Source of the DNA: Octopus bimaculoides
Taxonomy: Eukaryota
Assembly (NCBI RefSeq): GCF_001194135.2
Contig: NC_068987.1
Coordinates: 90,315,470 to 90,379,469 of the forward strand
Length of the DNA stretch: 64,000 nucleotides
Direction of reading: 5' to 3'
Positions 53,006-64,000 of this stretch are shown in pieces (the stretch's first letter is position 1; every line of letters starts with the position of its first letter). A program made the position numbers and the translations under genes. The notes under the pieces were generated by a model. That model was given only the letters and a program-made list of their open reading frames with translations. It searched no databases and was not told where the DNA came from.

Positions 53006-54958
53006 ATTCTCCTGCTGCATTACGACTTTTGGGTTTCATATATGTAATATAGTGAGAAGAAGAAGAAGAACAGAGTAACTGAGGTTATTGATACAATCAG
53101 TAAAGAAAATCTTAGTCTGGGATGTTTAAAATCTAAGAACAACAACCAAGGAAGATAATTCCAGTAATGTTAGTCAACTGGAATATTTGGATAATAAAGA
53201 CAACATAGGCAGAAGACAGCAAGCTGGCAGAAGTAATCATGTCAGATAACATGCTTAGCAGTGCTTCTTTTGGTTCTTTATGTTTTCGATTTAAATACTG
53301 CTGAGGTCAACTTTGCTTTCCAGCCTTTTAGGGTGATATAATAAAGCACCACCAGTCAATTAGTTAGGTCAATGTAATCAACTTGTTTCCCCTCCCCTCA
53401 AAAGTTGTTGGCTTTGAGCCCTGCAACAGACTGGTGTCCCATTCAGAAGGAGTCTTGCAATCTCGGTCACTTGGAAACTGATTAACCAGTTTTATGGGTC
53501 CCAGGGCTGAAGATGGAGAAAAACAGACAGGAGTAAATCGTTGAACCCAATTGCCGTCTTAGTTATAGACAGAATGTAGTTAAAAACATTGTCAAACTGT
53601 CTGCGGAAAAGGTTTAGCAGTTTGTCTTATCAGACATATTTCTAAGCTAATTGTGACTCATTTAAATGTCTCCAGACTTACATTGAGTCCTACCTATATC
53701 AGACAAGTGTTTATGAAATGAGATGACTCAATGTCACCAGATAAGGTCATAGCCACAATTCAATTTATACATCTAAAGCCGAGACAGACTTTTAGGAACA
53801 AGTGCTTAGTTCCTGTTCAAATAATGAAAAGGCACAGGCATAGCTGTGTGATTAAGAAGCTCACTATGCAAGCATGTGGTTTCAAGTTCAATTCCACTGC
53901 ATGGCGCCTTAGGTGCCTTCTACTATATGCCCAGACTGACCAATGCCTTGTGAGGAAATTTGGTAGATGGAAACTGTGTGGAATCCCACCATGTATGTGT
54001 GTGTTTTTGTACCTGTGTTTGTTTTTTCCTATTGCCACTTGACAACTGATGTCAGTTTGTTATTTCCCTCTCACTTAGCAGTTTTGCAAAAGAGACCCTA
54101 CAACATACCAAGACCTAAATTAGAGTTCTCACAACTGTTAAATGGGGGCAAAGTGGGGTCAGTTCTACTCCAAAGTGGATTTGAACTTACAATCTATATT
54201 TCAGTCTGGTGACAGTCTGAAACAAAAAATAGTAAATATTAAGCATTCAATGTGAAATAAATTAATCTGTTCTGAAGCAAACACTTCATTATTTCCATGG
54301 TATTATATTAGAATTTATTTTGGTTTTACTTCTGTCAAACTAATCTAAGTATCTTTTTAAACTGGTTCTTAATCTTATCCACTCATTCTACAGTGTTGAA
54401 CTGAGATATCTATGACATGACCTTAAGTTTCCATATTACTTAGATACAAGAAACAAACTGACAACTTGTGTAAGCACACAAGCATGTTTAGCTATGGCTT
54501 TATGATTCTAATTACATTTCAGACAAGACTTGTCTCTGTGGCCAATTAAAACAAATTCTGAAAGTACAATACAACTATCTATATCAATGGTTCCAAACCT
54601 GGGGTCTACAGACTGCTGTTAGTCAGCAAAGGTAGTACTGGGGGGGTCTGTGAACTAAATTTAAAATTTCATTGCAAAAATCCCAAATTTTATTTAATTT
54701 GCTTTACAGGAGCAACTGTTTTATTGAAAGCGTACCTAGTGAATTGCTCGATATACAAGAGTAGGAAAAACAGCCAACAACTGATGAATGGCCGTTCTCT
54801 ATGTTGTTTGTCTTGAATGTTGTTTTTCACATACCACCAGTAAGGCAACGCTAGCTATATATATATATATATATATACACATACATATACACACATACAT
54901 ATATATATATATACATATACATATATACACATATACACATATACATATNNNNNNNNNN

Positions 54959-55039
<81 letters not shown>

Positions 55040-55839
55040 AAGAGAGAGAGAGAAAGAGAGAGAAAGAGCATGATTTATTCACGACCAGAGTTGTTTGAAA
55101 ACTGAGGTACTCCTGTATATATATATATTGTCATCATCATTGTTTAACATCCATTTCCCATGCTGACATGGGTTGGATGGTTTGACATATAGCTGGTTAG
55201 CTTGGAAGCTGTCCACACTCCCATTATCTGTTGTGGCATGATTTCTACAGATGGATGCCCTTCCTAACATCAACCACTTAAAAGCGCATGCTGGGTGCAT
55301 TTTAAGTACCACCAACATGGCTGCGTTTACACAGCACCAGCATGGGCTTTTTATGTGACACCGGTAGCTGACAAGACAAGCCTGTGTGTACGGAAGGCAA
55401 CAATTTGTATTGTAATATCTAACATAAAACTAGGCAAAGTAAAAAGAAGACATTTAAAAAATGTCAACTGTCTATGTAAACAATAGCAAGAGAAGAGTTT
55501 ACATTAGTGTTATCCATTGTTAAAAGGTTGTGCACTTGAGATGGAATTGTACTTAACAATCAATACTAAGAAAGAAGAGACATATATATATATATGCATG
55601 TGCATGAGTATGTGCATATACACACTGTGGTGTGTGTGTGTGTGTGTGTGTATTCATCTTATTGATTATAGCCAGAGGCTGTGACCATGCTGGGGCAGTA
55701 CCATTAGGTCTCATTAAAATGTTCCTCCCCATGGAAATCTTTAGTAAAAGGCAAAAGATTTATCCAATAGAAATGTATACACACAAACATGCATTATATA
55801 TATACACACAAACATGCATTATATATATATATATATATA

Positions 55840-56080
55840 TCAATCATCATTTAATGTCTGTTTTCTGTGCTAGCATGGGTTGGACGGTTCAACTAGGGTC
55901 TGGGAAGCCAGGAGGCTGCACCAGGTTCCAGTCTGGTCTGGCAGTGTTTCTACAGCTGGATGCCCTTCCTATTGCCAACCACTCCGAGAGTGTAGCGGGT
56001 GCTTTTTACATGCCACCAGCATGGAAGCCAGTCAAGGCAGAGCTGGCATCAGCTACGTTTGGATGGTACTTTTTACATGA
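55840..56080 (-). mobile_element. RTE 3' UTR copy
   Basis: Reverse complement of the RTE tail (TCTACAGCTGGATGCCCTTCCT...CCAACCACTCCGAGAGTGTAG). Similar minus copies at 55130-55320, 44205-44400, 33840-34030, 30200-30430 and 63885-64000. Confidence 0.75.
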
Positions 56081-56214
56081 TATATATATATATATATACA
56101 CATATGCCTACACATACATGTCTGCACACATACACACACGCTAGCACAAACATAACATTGTGAACCAAGATCCTCAACTCCTTTAACTGGTTCTTCATTT
56201 ACTGATTCTAAATA

Positions 56215-56283
<69 letters not shown>

Positions 56284-59101
56284 GGTATGGTGTGTGTGTG
56301 TGTGTGTGTGTGTGTTGAAAATCCCTCAATTCAATGGTGGAGATCAAACTCCAAAGAGGACTCAATACAAGTAATATACATCACCAGAAAGCAAACCATA
56401 TTTAATAAACTTGTTTTAACATGTAGGCACAGGAGTGGCTGTGTGGTAAGAAGTTTGCTTCCCAACCACATGGTTCTGGGTTCAGTCCCACTGCATGGCA
56501 CCTTGGGCAAGTGTCTTCTACTATAGCCTTGGGCCGACCAAAGCCTTGTGAGTGGATTTGGTAGATGGAAACTAAAAGAAGCCCATCACGTGTGTGTGTC
56601 TCCCACCACAACTTGGCAACCAGTATTGGTTTGTTTACATCCCTGTAACTTAAAGGTCCTGCAAAGGAAACCGATAGGACAAGTACTAGGCCTTTAAAAA
56701 CAAACGAAAAGTACCGGGGTCGATTTGTTCAACTAAAACTCAAGGTGGTGCTCCAGTAAGGCCACAGTCTAGTGATTGAAACAAAATAAAAGATAAGCGA
56801 TATAACATGCTTCCACCATATGTTATTTCCCCCACCCCTTCTCTCTCTCACACACACACACAGATGCACTGCATGGGAGGTTTAATATCAATGACAACAC
56901 ACTTTATATCAATGATATAGTTTTCAATTTGATTGAGAAGATGGGGAAAAAAATAATCTGACATAAAAATCTATGCAAAGCAGCAACAGCTTAAGTGTGA
57001 ACATTTAGGGATATATCTGTTGCTTTTTTTTCTTTTTCTTTTTCCTCTTTGTATTCAGACTCCCTAAATCACTTTATATTCAAAAGGTATCCAGTTTAAC
57101 ATTTTCTCTCTCTCTCTTTTTTGTTTTTTGTTTTTTTAACGATTTTACAAACACGGCATATGACTATTTTATAGCATAAGGACTCCATGGCACCACACTG
57201 ATAGAATATTTACATGTTCTAACAGCTAACTGGCAATACGGTGATAGCAGCACTTTGCACTCTGACTTCAAACTTCACCCCACATAAAAAGAAAAACATC
57301 CTCCACCATCATAATGGTTTTGGTACATGGTGTTGATTGAATGCTTAAAAAGAAAATACGTCACAGCAAAACTTGCACCCATGGATGTGTGGTTAAGTAG
57401 TTCATTTTGCGATTTCAGGTTCAGTCCCATTTCACAGCACCTTGGGGCAAGTGTTTTCTAATATAGCCCCAGGCCATAGTCTATCTATTTATCCCTGTTT
57501 GTTTATTCATAAAATATATTTGTCAAGTAAATGTGGCGGTCCTATAGAAAACGGTGTTACTGTGGTTTTTAGCCCCAGGAAGATATATCTATCTATCTCT
57601 TTATACACCTATCTATCTGTCTCTCTCTCTCTATCTATCTATCTATCTCTTTATACACATATCTATATGCTTACTGAATCTAAAATTTTGAAAACATGGT
57701 TTCAGGGGTGGTTTCATGCATATTCTGAATCTCTGTCGTATAAAACGGGAAAAAAAATTTTGAAAAAGTTGAAAATTTTAACTGAGGTTGGGGGGAGGGG
57801 GAATTTTTTCTTCTTTTTTTTTTCTTTTTGCCTATTCGTAATCTCTGACATCTAAAACATAGAAATCCGAAGAAAATTTTTTCAAAAAGATGCATTTTTC
57901 AAGGAAAGGTGCGAAACTGCATTAGCCCTGAAAAATCTTTACACAGTGAAACAGATTACCTGNNNNNNNNNNNNNNNNNNNNNNNNNNNNNNNNNNNNNN
58001 NNNNNNNNNNNNNNNNNNNNNNNNNNNNNNNNNNNNNNNNNNNNNNNNNNNNNNNNNNNNNNNNNNNNNNNNNNNNNNNNNNNNNNNNNNNNNNNNNNNN
58101 NNNNNNNNNNNNNNNNNNNNNNNNNNNNNNNNNNNNNNNNNNNNNNNNNNNNNNNNNNNNNNNNNNNNNNNNNNNNNNNNNNNNNNNNNNNNNNNNNNNN
58201 NNNNNNNNNNNNNNNNNNNNNNNNNNNNNNNNNNNNNNNNNNNNNNNNNNNNNNNNNNNNNNNNNNNNNNNNNNNNNNNNNNNNNNNNNNNNNNNNNNNN
58301 NNNNNNNNNNNNNNNNNNNNNNNNNNNNNNNNNNNNNNNNNNNNNNNNNNNNNNNNNNNNNNNNNNNNNNNNNNNNNNNNNNNNNNNNNNNNNNNNNNNN
58401 NNNNNNNNNNNNNNNNNNNNNNNNNNNNNNNNNNNNNNNNNNNNNNNNNNNNNNNNNNNNNNNNNNNNNNNNNNNNNNNNNNNNNNNNNNNNNNNNNNNN
58501 NNNNNNNNNNNNNNNNNNNNNNNNNNNNNNNNNNNNNNNNNNNNNNNNNNNNNNAAAAAAAAAAAAAAAAAAAAGCAATAGTAAAACACAAGTCAATTAA
58601 AGAAAAATTTATTATATTTATAGAGGGAAGTCTGTCAGGAGGTGCCAAAAGGATGCCTGAGGAAGGAGGGGTGCCTGGGAGCTGTGGCTGAGAACTGCTG
58701 GGTTAAGGGTTAAGTAGTTTGTGATTCCAGGTACATTCAGCCAATGTCTTCTCCCATAGGCTCAGGTGAAACCAAGCCATAATGAATGGAACTAGGTCAA
58801 AGAAAACTGTGACGAAGCCTACCAGATGGACTCAACCTGATCTTAACACCATCATCACACCTCTGAACAGCCTGAGAAGAGTCCATTCTGCTGCAAACAT
58901 TCAGGCCAGGTTTCCAATTTAAAGATAACTTGATACAAGTTGCTATAATGTGGGAAGTGACTAGAGTTTTGATTTCTTCCTACCTTTTCCCATCACCCTT
59001 GGAAGAACTGCAAAGTGGTCACAGGCACCACCCATCTAGTAAACCCCAAATTTTTTTAAATGATAGGAATACAGGTAAGCTTTAAAGAGACAAAATATGT
59101 A

Positions 59102-59318
59102 TTAACCCTTTAGCATTTAATTTAACCCAAATATTTCACCAGCTTTAAGTTAAAACTGACTAGATCAAACCTCTCACACCTACCCTACAATGACATTCTA
59201 AAAATATACAATACACCATTGAAGTCTTGAAGCTACAAGTTAATGCATAATTAATTTGAAACAATGTGAATAAATAAGCAATACACTTGACAAAGAAATC
59301 TGAATTCTAAAGGGTTAA
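59102..59318. mobile_element. piggyBac-like MITE with TTAA TSD
   Basis: TTAA-CCCTTTAG...CTAAAGGG-TTAA. Confidence 0.8.
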
Positions 59319-59972
59319 AGGTTATCAACCATTGAGTGAAAAAGAGATGACTCTTGTTGGTACAGAGAATGTAAATGAATGATGAATGATCTGAATGTTG
59401 GCAGAGGAAGGACTAACCTTAAGAATTTTGAGAGAAAAATGGCAAAATTAGCTCTCAATATGATGGTGCCTTAGACTTAAGGGGCAGTGAACTGGAAGAA
59501 GCGTTAGTACAGTGGACAAAAATGGAAAGTGGTAATTAGTTGCAGGTTTTAACATTCTGATTTTGAATCCTGCCAAAGTTAACTTCACCTTACATTCTTT
59601 CAGGTGCAAATGAGTTACAGTAAAAGGCAATAAAATAAGTTAAGAACAGGGAGGGTAGTTACCTTCACTCCCAGATGCCTTGTGCCTGTGTTAAAAATCT
59701 ACATGGGCCTAGCAATTATTGACAAGATGTCCAATTCATGCTAAAATATAAAATGAAGTTTTGTGATTATAATACAAAATGTTTAAACCAGAAGAAGTAA
59801 AGTGTTGAATGGCAGTGAGTAACAGTTTTGTACAAAAGAATTGTAAAATATACAGAATAATATTGGAAAACAATGAGAAAAAGATACCAAAAGATGGAAC
59901 ACTTTTAAAGGATAAATGAAATTATGGGGTTTGAAATATTTGAAAGATGGTTCGTTAATGTGTGGTGTAAAG

Positions 59973-60147
59973 CAGTGCTTGTCAAAGTGGTGTCTGCAGA
60001 CCGGTGCTGCTCTGTGAGCCATCAGCTGCTGGTACACGGCCAGTTTCCAGAAAAGAAAGAAACATTATAAAATGCTTATGTAATATTGTATTATTTGTTT
60101 ACAAAATAAATATAAGATAAAAAAAATTGCCAACTTTTATTATATTC

Positions 60148-60188
<41 letters not shown>

Positions 60189-60289
60189 TCCTGTATAAAC
60201 TAATATTACTAAAAAATATTACTGGTACCTGGCACTTTGGAAAAACAAAAACTGCCAGTATGCCACATCAGATAGTTTGAGAAGCACTG
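59973..60289. mobile_element. hAT-type MITE (MER5-like ends)
   Basis: TIRs CAGTGCTTGTCAAA / TTTGAGAAGCACTG. Internal (TA)n. TSD not clean. Confidence 0.65.
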
Positions 60290-60963
60290 AGTGAAACCTG
60301 GTTCAATCTTAGAATCCAGCCATCATTGTTTTCCATATAAAAAAAAAAGCAATAAAAATAGCTAATTATGATTTATGGGAAGGGAACTTCTACTCCCTAA
60401 AAACAAGAGAAAGAAAATCCTTTGTTCACTTGGATCAAATAAGATCAAAGATGATAAGTAGGTGGTGAAAACTGGACACTTTATAACTGGTGGCAACCAA
60501 ATGGTACAAACAACAGGTGACATGCTATGAATAGTGTTAGAACTCTCTCCTACCCACCCACATTAAACTGAGTGAAGTCACTCAACAATCCACAACAGGT
60601 GAACCTTGGTATAATGGTGATGGCTGTTGAACTGATTCAAAGGGATAATTTCACTAATCGTTAGACAGGTTTTATTAATCTATTAATCAGAATTGTTCTA
60701 GGCTTCCCCCATCAGATAAATATAAATGAATGGACTTGCTCCAATGCATGCCAACGTGCGCAGCTGCGTGTAAACGGTTCCTTTGTGTCAAATGTTTGTT
60801 AAATGGCATCAAATGGATGAGAGAAATTGTCTCTGGGGTAGGATACAAGCCTATTGCAATTAACATTCACAAATAACCAAGAACTTACTACAAACAAAAA
60901 GAAGGGTGAACAGAAACACTGTAAAATAAAGTGATCTGTCCAGAAACACAAAAACACAGTGGT

Positions 60964-61179
60964 TTAACCCTTCCGTTACCAACCCAGCTGAAACTGGCTC
61001 TAGCTCTGTAGTACAAATGTCTTGTTTTCATAAGTTCTGAATTAAAATCTTCCATCAAACCTTAGTCACGATTTATGTTCCTAACACCAGCTTAATGATA
61101 ACTAAATTTGTTGTTATATTTAAAGTAACTGAAAGAAACACAGAGCATCTCAAAATAAATACAGTAACAAAAGGGTTAA
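60964..61179. mobile_element. piggyBac-like MITE, second family
   Basis: TTAA-CCCTTCCGTTAC...GTAACAAAAGGG-TTAA. The interior is unrelated to 59102-59318. Confidence 0.75.
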
Positions 61180-61935
61180 ACTCATGAACAATGAGCCTGC
61201 TGGCAATGTCCCTTAATCACTTCACTCTCAGTGTTGCCTTTTATTTAGCATGATTACATGTAAAAAGTAGATAACATCATTATACAGTTAGCATTTTGAT
61301 GGTATTATATTTTTTTACCAATCATCGAAGGTGTCACATAGTGGGATCATACTGAAAACCAAATGGTTACAAAAGACACTTGTTAACCACATGTGGCTTT
61401 ATATATACCTGTGCTCTGTATATCACTGAGATGACATCAGAACTAAAATGCAACATAAAACTAACGTTCAATTGCTATAAATGTTCCATTTCAGACAAAT
61501 TCAATACGGCATAATGTAAGTACAATTCTTTAAAAAAAAATACAAACAAAAAAAATAGACAACAGTCATCAAGTCTCACATTTTTTTAGTAATATATCTA
61601 TATAGCAAAAAAAAGAAAAGACACCAAGTTAGTATGTGATTTCTCATATTGTTTGATTTCTTCCATTTTTTTTAAACGTCATCATTTTCCAGGTGAGCAA
61701 ATTGTGATTCTGTACATTTTAATACATTCATATGAATTTTTTTTTTATAGCAGCATGCTCCTTTATCTTTATTTTTTTATAACATCTCAATTATGAATTG
61801 GGAACAATGCTTTTTAATTTTCTCACTTTGGTAGGAGTTGAAAAGCTCCAAACATAAATGCATTGTCTGCAACGGAGATTAGAATCTCTGATCTGTAGAT
61901 TCTGCTTAAAGCAACTTCTCTCATCCCACACTCAC

Positions 61936-61991
61936 AGCCACCTCAGATAAGTCTAACTTAGGGATGCTAGCAATCTTTAAATTATTAGATA
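61936..61991 (-). CDS. Candidate internal exon (56 nt, phase 1 to 0)
   Basis: Very strong polypyrimidine acceptor CTTTCTCTCTTTCTCTCCCTGTTATTTGAAG and donor GCT/GTGAGT. Frame SNNLKIASIPKLDLSEVA. Confidence 0.5.
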
Positions 61992-63439
61992 CTTCAAATA
62001 ACAGGGAGAGAAAGAGAGAAAGCTGAAGTGAGACTTTAAGTTAAATAATTAAGGATTCAGTCAGTATTAGTCAGACATAATGCAAGAACCTAGTTCTACA
62101 AGGTCGAGGGTAATCGTGTGTTTGTGAAAGCTGGGAAAACCTGAATAGGTTAATTATAGCACAGACAACAGTTTATAAAATTAGAAACAGGGAAACTAAT
62201 TCATGTGTAGGTGTATGTAGAAGAGAGAGAAAGACATTTTTCACAATTAACTTTACCTTAATAACATTTTCTCAATTATAAACTTATATATTACTTAGCC
62301 TTCAACTACTTTAAAAATAAATAAACTGTCTGCTTTCCATTCTGCAATTCTGAACAACTGAAATATTTCAAATAATGGGAAGCACTACATACTATATTAT
62401 TCAAGAAATGTTGGTATATGAAAATATTTATAACATTTAACCAATGTGTCGATGATTTTTAATGTTATACTGAAAATATGGTTTTGCTGTGAAATTGATC
62501 TTGGTCGCATAGCCCAAGTTTTTGGGAAGCCAACAGAGGTACTGAAAAAGTTTAATTTTAGGATCATTGTCCATAGACAGTTTCCACTTATTCTAAGTCC
62601 TTTGTTATGTTGTTTTGCTAAGAACATTTGGTTACATTCCCCAAGAATATACTGAAAGTTTTGGGGAAAACAGGCTTTAAGTATAAATATATATGTCAAT
62701 GAATAAATCAGCTTCTATGTGTTTGGTCAACCTTCTAAAATAGCAGCAAAATTTCCCTTATATCACACACTACTCATCATCTTAAAAAAAAAAAAAGAGG
62801 AAAAAAAAAACGAATATGAGGTCAAAAATAATGTTTCTTTCCTTTCTTTTTCCTTTCTAGAATATAATTAGACAGGAATGGTTGCTGTATTTTGGGTAAA
62901 AAGAATTCATAAAATATTTTGGTAGATTCCAGTAAAGCTAAAGCATTAAGTTCAAAGAATGAAATAAATAATATTTCAGGAAGTTCAAGGAAGTGTTTTA
63001 CATATTTTTCATAACACTGTAATAAAATAGGTTCTAGTTATAGAACTGCCATTGTGAGGAAAGGATTCTATAAAGTGTAGTCATAAAGAAGGAACTTTTA
63101 TAGGGTGAGGTATTTAAGGTATCGTATATGGAAGGGAGTGGAATCTGGTGGATTTGCAGGCAGAGAAAGAGAAATCCAATATCTGACTTGACTGGCATCA
63201 GATTCGAAGAGAGAGCAATGAATAGTAGTAACCAACAGACAAAGAAATTAGAAGATCTCATAAGAGATTTGCTACAGGTACAGAATAGGAAGATCTAGGC
63301 TATAACATCAGACAATCATCAATTTATGGTTGTTTCTCCATGCTTGCATGGATCTGATATTAAACATTTTTGTTATAAAACACACAGAAAAAAAAAAATT
63401 CTATTAAGCCAAATGTTTAAGAAAAACAAAAAAGAATTT

Positions 63440-63803
63440 GTTGTATGCTGTCAACTTAATGTGACAGTCCCATGAAGGGAATAATACTGTTGTTGTTTAG
63501 ACCTAGGAAGCTGCACCGCTTCCTGTCAGCCTTGACACATTTCCTGTGTTCTTATGTTTACAAGGGGGAGACAAGCACCTCCACCCAGCTAAGCCTGCAT
63601 CCAGAGACATGTTTCTGAGTCTTTGCTCGTCATCAGTCTGGAGTAGCATGACCTGCTGGTGGAGGTGCTTGTCTCCCCCTTGTAAACATAAGGACACAGG
63701 AAATGTGTCAAGGCAGACAGGAAGCAGTGTAGCTTCCTCGGTCTAAACAACAGTAGTATTATTCCCTTCATGAGACTGTCATATTAAGTTGACAGCATAC
63801 AAC
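63440..63803. repeat. Long inverted repeat (foldback): 146-bp arms with a 72-bp spacer
   Basis: 63440-63585 is the reverse complement of 63658-63803, with 9 mismatches by my hand alignment (about 94%) and no indels. Confidence 0.95.
63600..63642 (-). ncRNA. Minimal type I hammerhead ribozyme motif (Penelope-type)
   Basis: The minus strand reads TCCAGA CTGATGA C-GAG-CAAAGA-CTC-A GAAA CATG TC TCTGGA. That gives a 6-bp stem I, an intact CUGAUGA and GAAA core, a 3-bp helix II, a palindromic ACAUGU stem III, and a GUC cleavage triplet (cut after 63606). Confidence 0.75.
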
Positions 63804-64000
63804 TACTTCAACATATCACTACTGCATAAATCTCTCTGAGAGATTTAGAAATGTATTATTTCTAACCAAAAAGGAATTCATCATCATCATCGTTTAATGT
63901 CAGTCTTCCTCACTGGCATGGGTTGGCCGGTTTGACAGGAGCTGGCCAGCTGAAGAGGCTGTCTGGGTTCCATGTCTGTTTGGGTTCCATGTCTGTTTGG

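Noticed and set aside
57570-58700. Possible Helitron-like or other non-autonomous element around the N gap
   Set aside because: Termini cannot be defined and most of the interval is missing.

Overview
Eukaryotic, AT-rich, repeat-dense genomic DNA with five assembly gaps (N runs at 8502-8947, 17721-18230, 29581-29627, 54949-54958, 57963-58554). The repeat families resemble those I know from Octopus/coleoid cephalopods; this is an inference, not a database result. No long intact gene is present, and most ORF-track entries are microsatellite, SINE or N-gap artefacts. The window is probably intronic sequence of an unidentified minus-strand gene, seen only as scattered short candidate exons. It is filled with tRNA-headed SINEs, LINE fragments (Penelope-like, RTE, CR1/L2-like, R4/Dong-like), mariner and hAT fossils, and hAT- and piggyBac-type MITEs. 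The most notable signal is a 364-bp foldback (63440-63803) whose loop holds a minimal type I hammerhead ribozyme motif on the minus strand. A second, decayed element of the same architecture lies at 26143-26267, and an open Penelope-like RT fragment lies at 1-291. Together they suggest non-autonomous, hammerhead-bearing Penelope-type elements.
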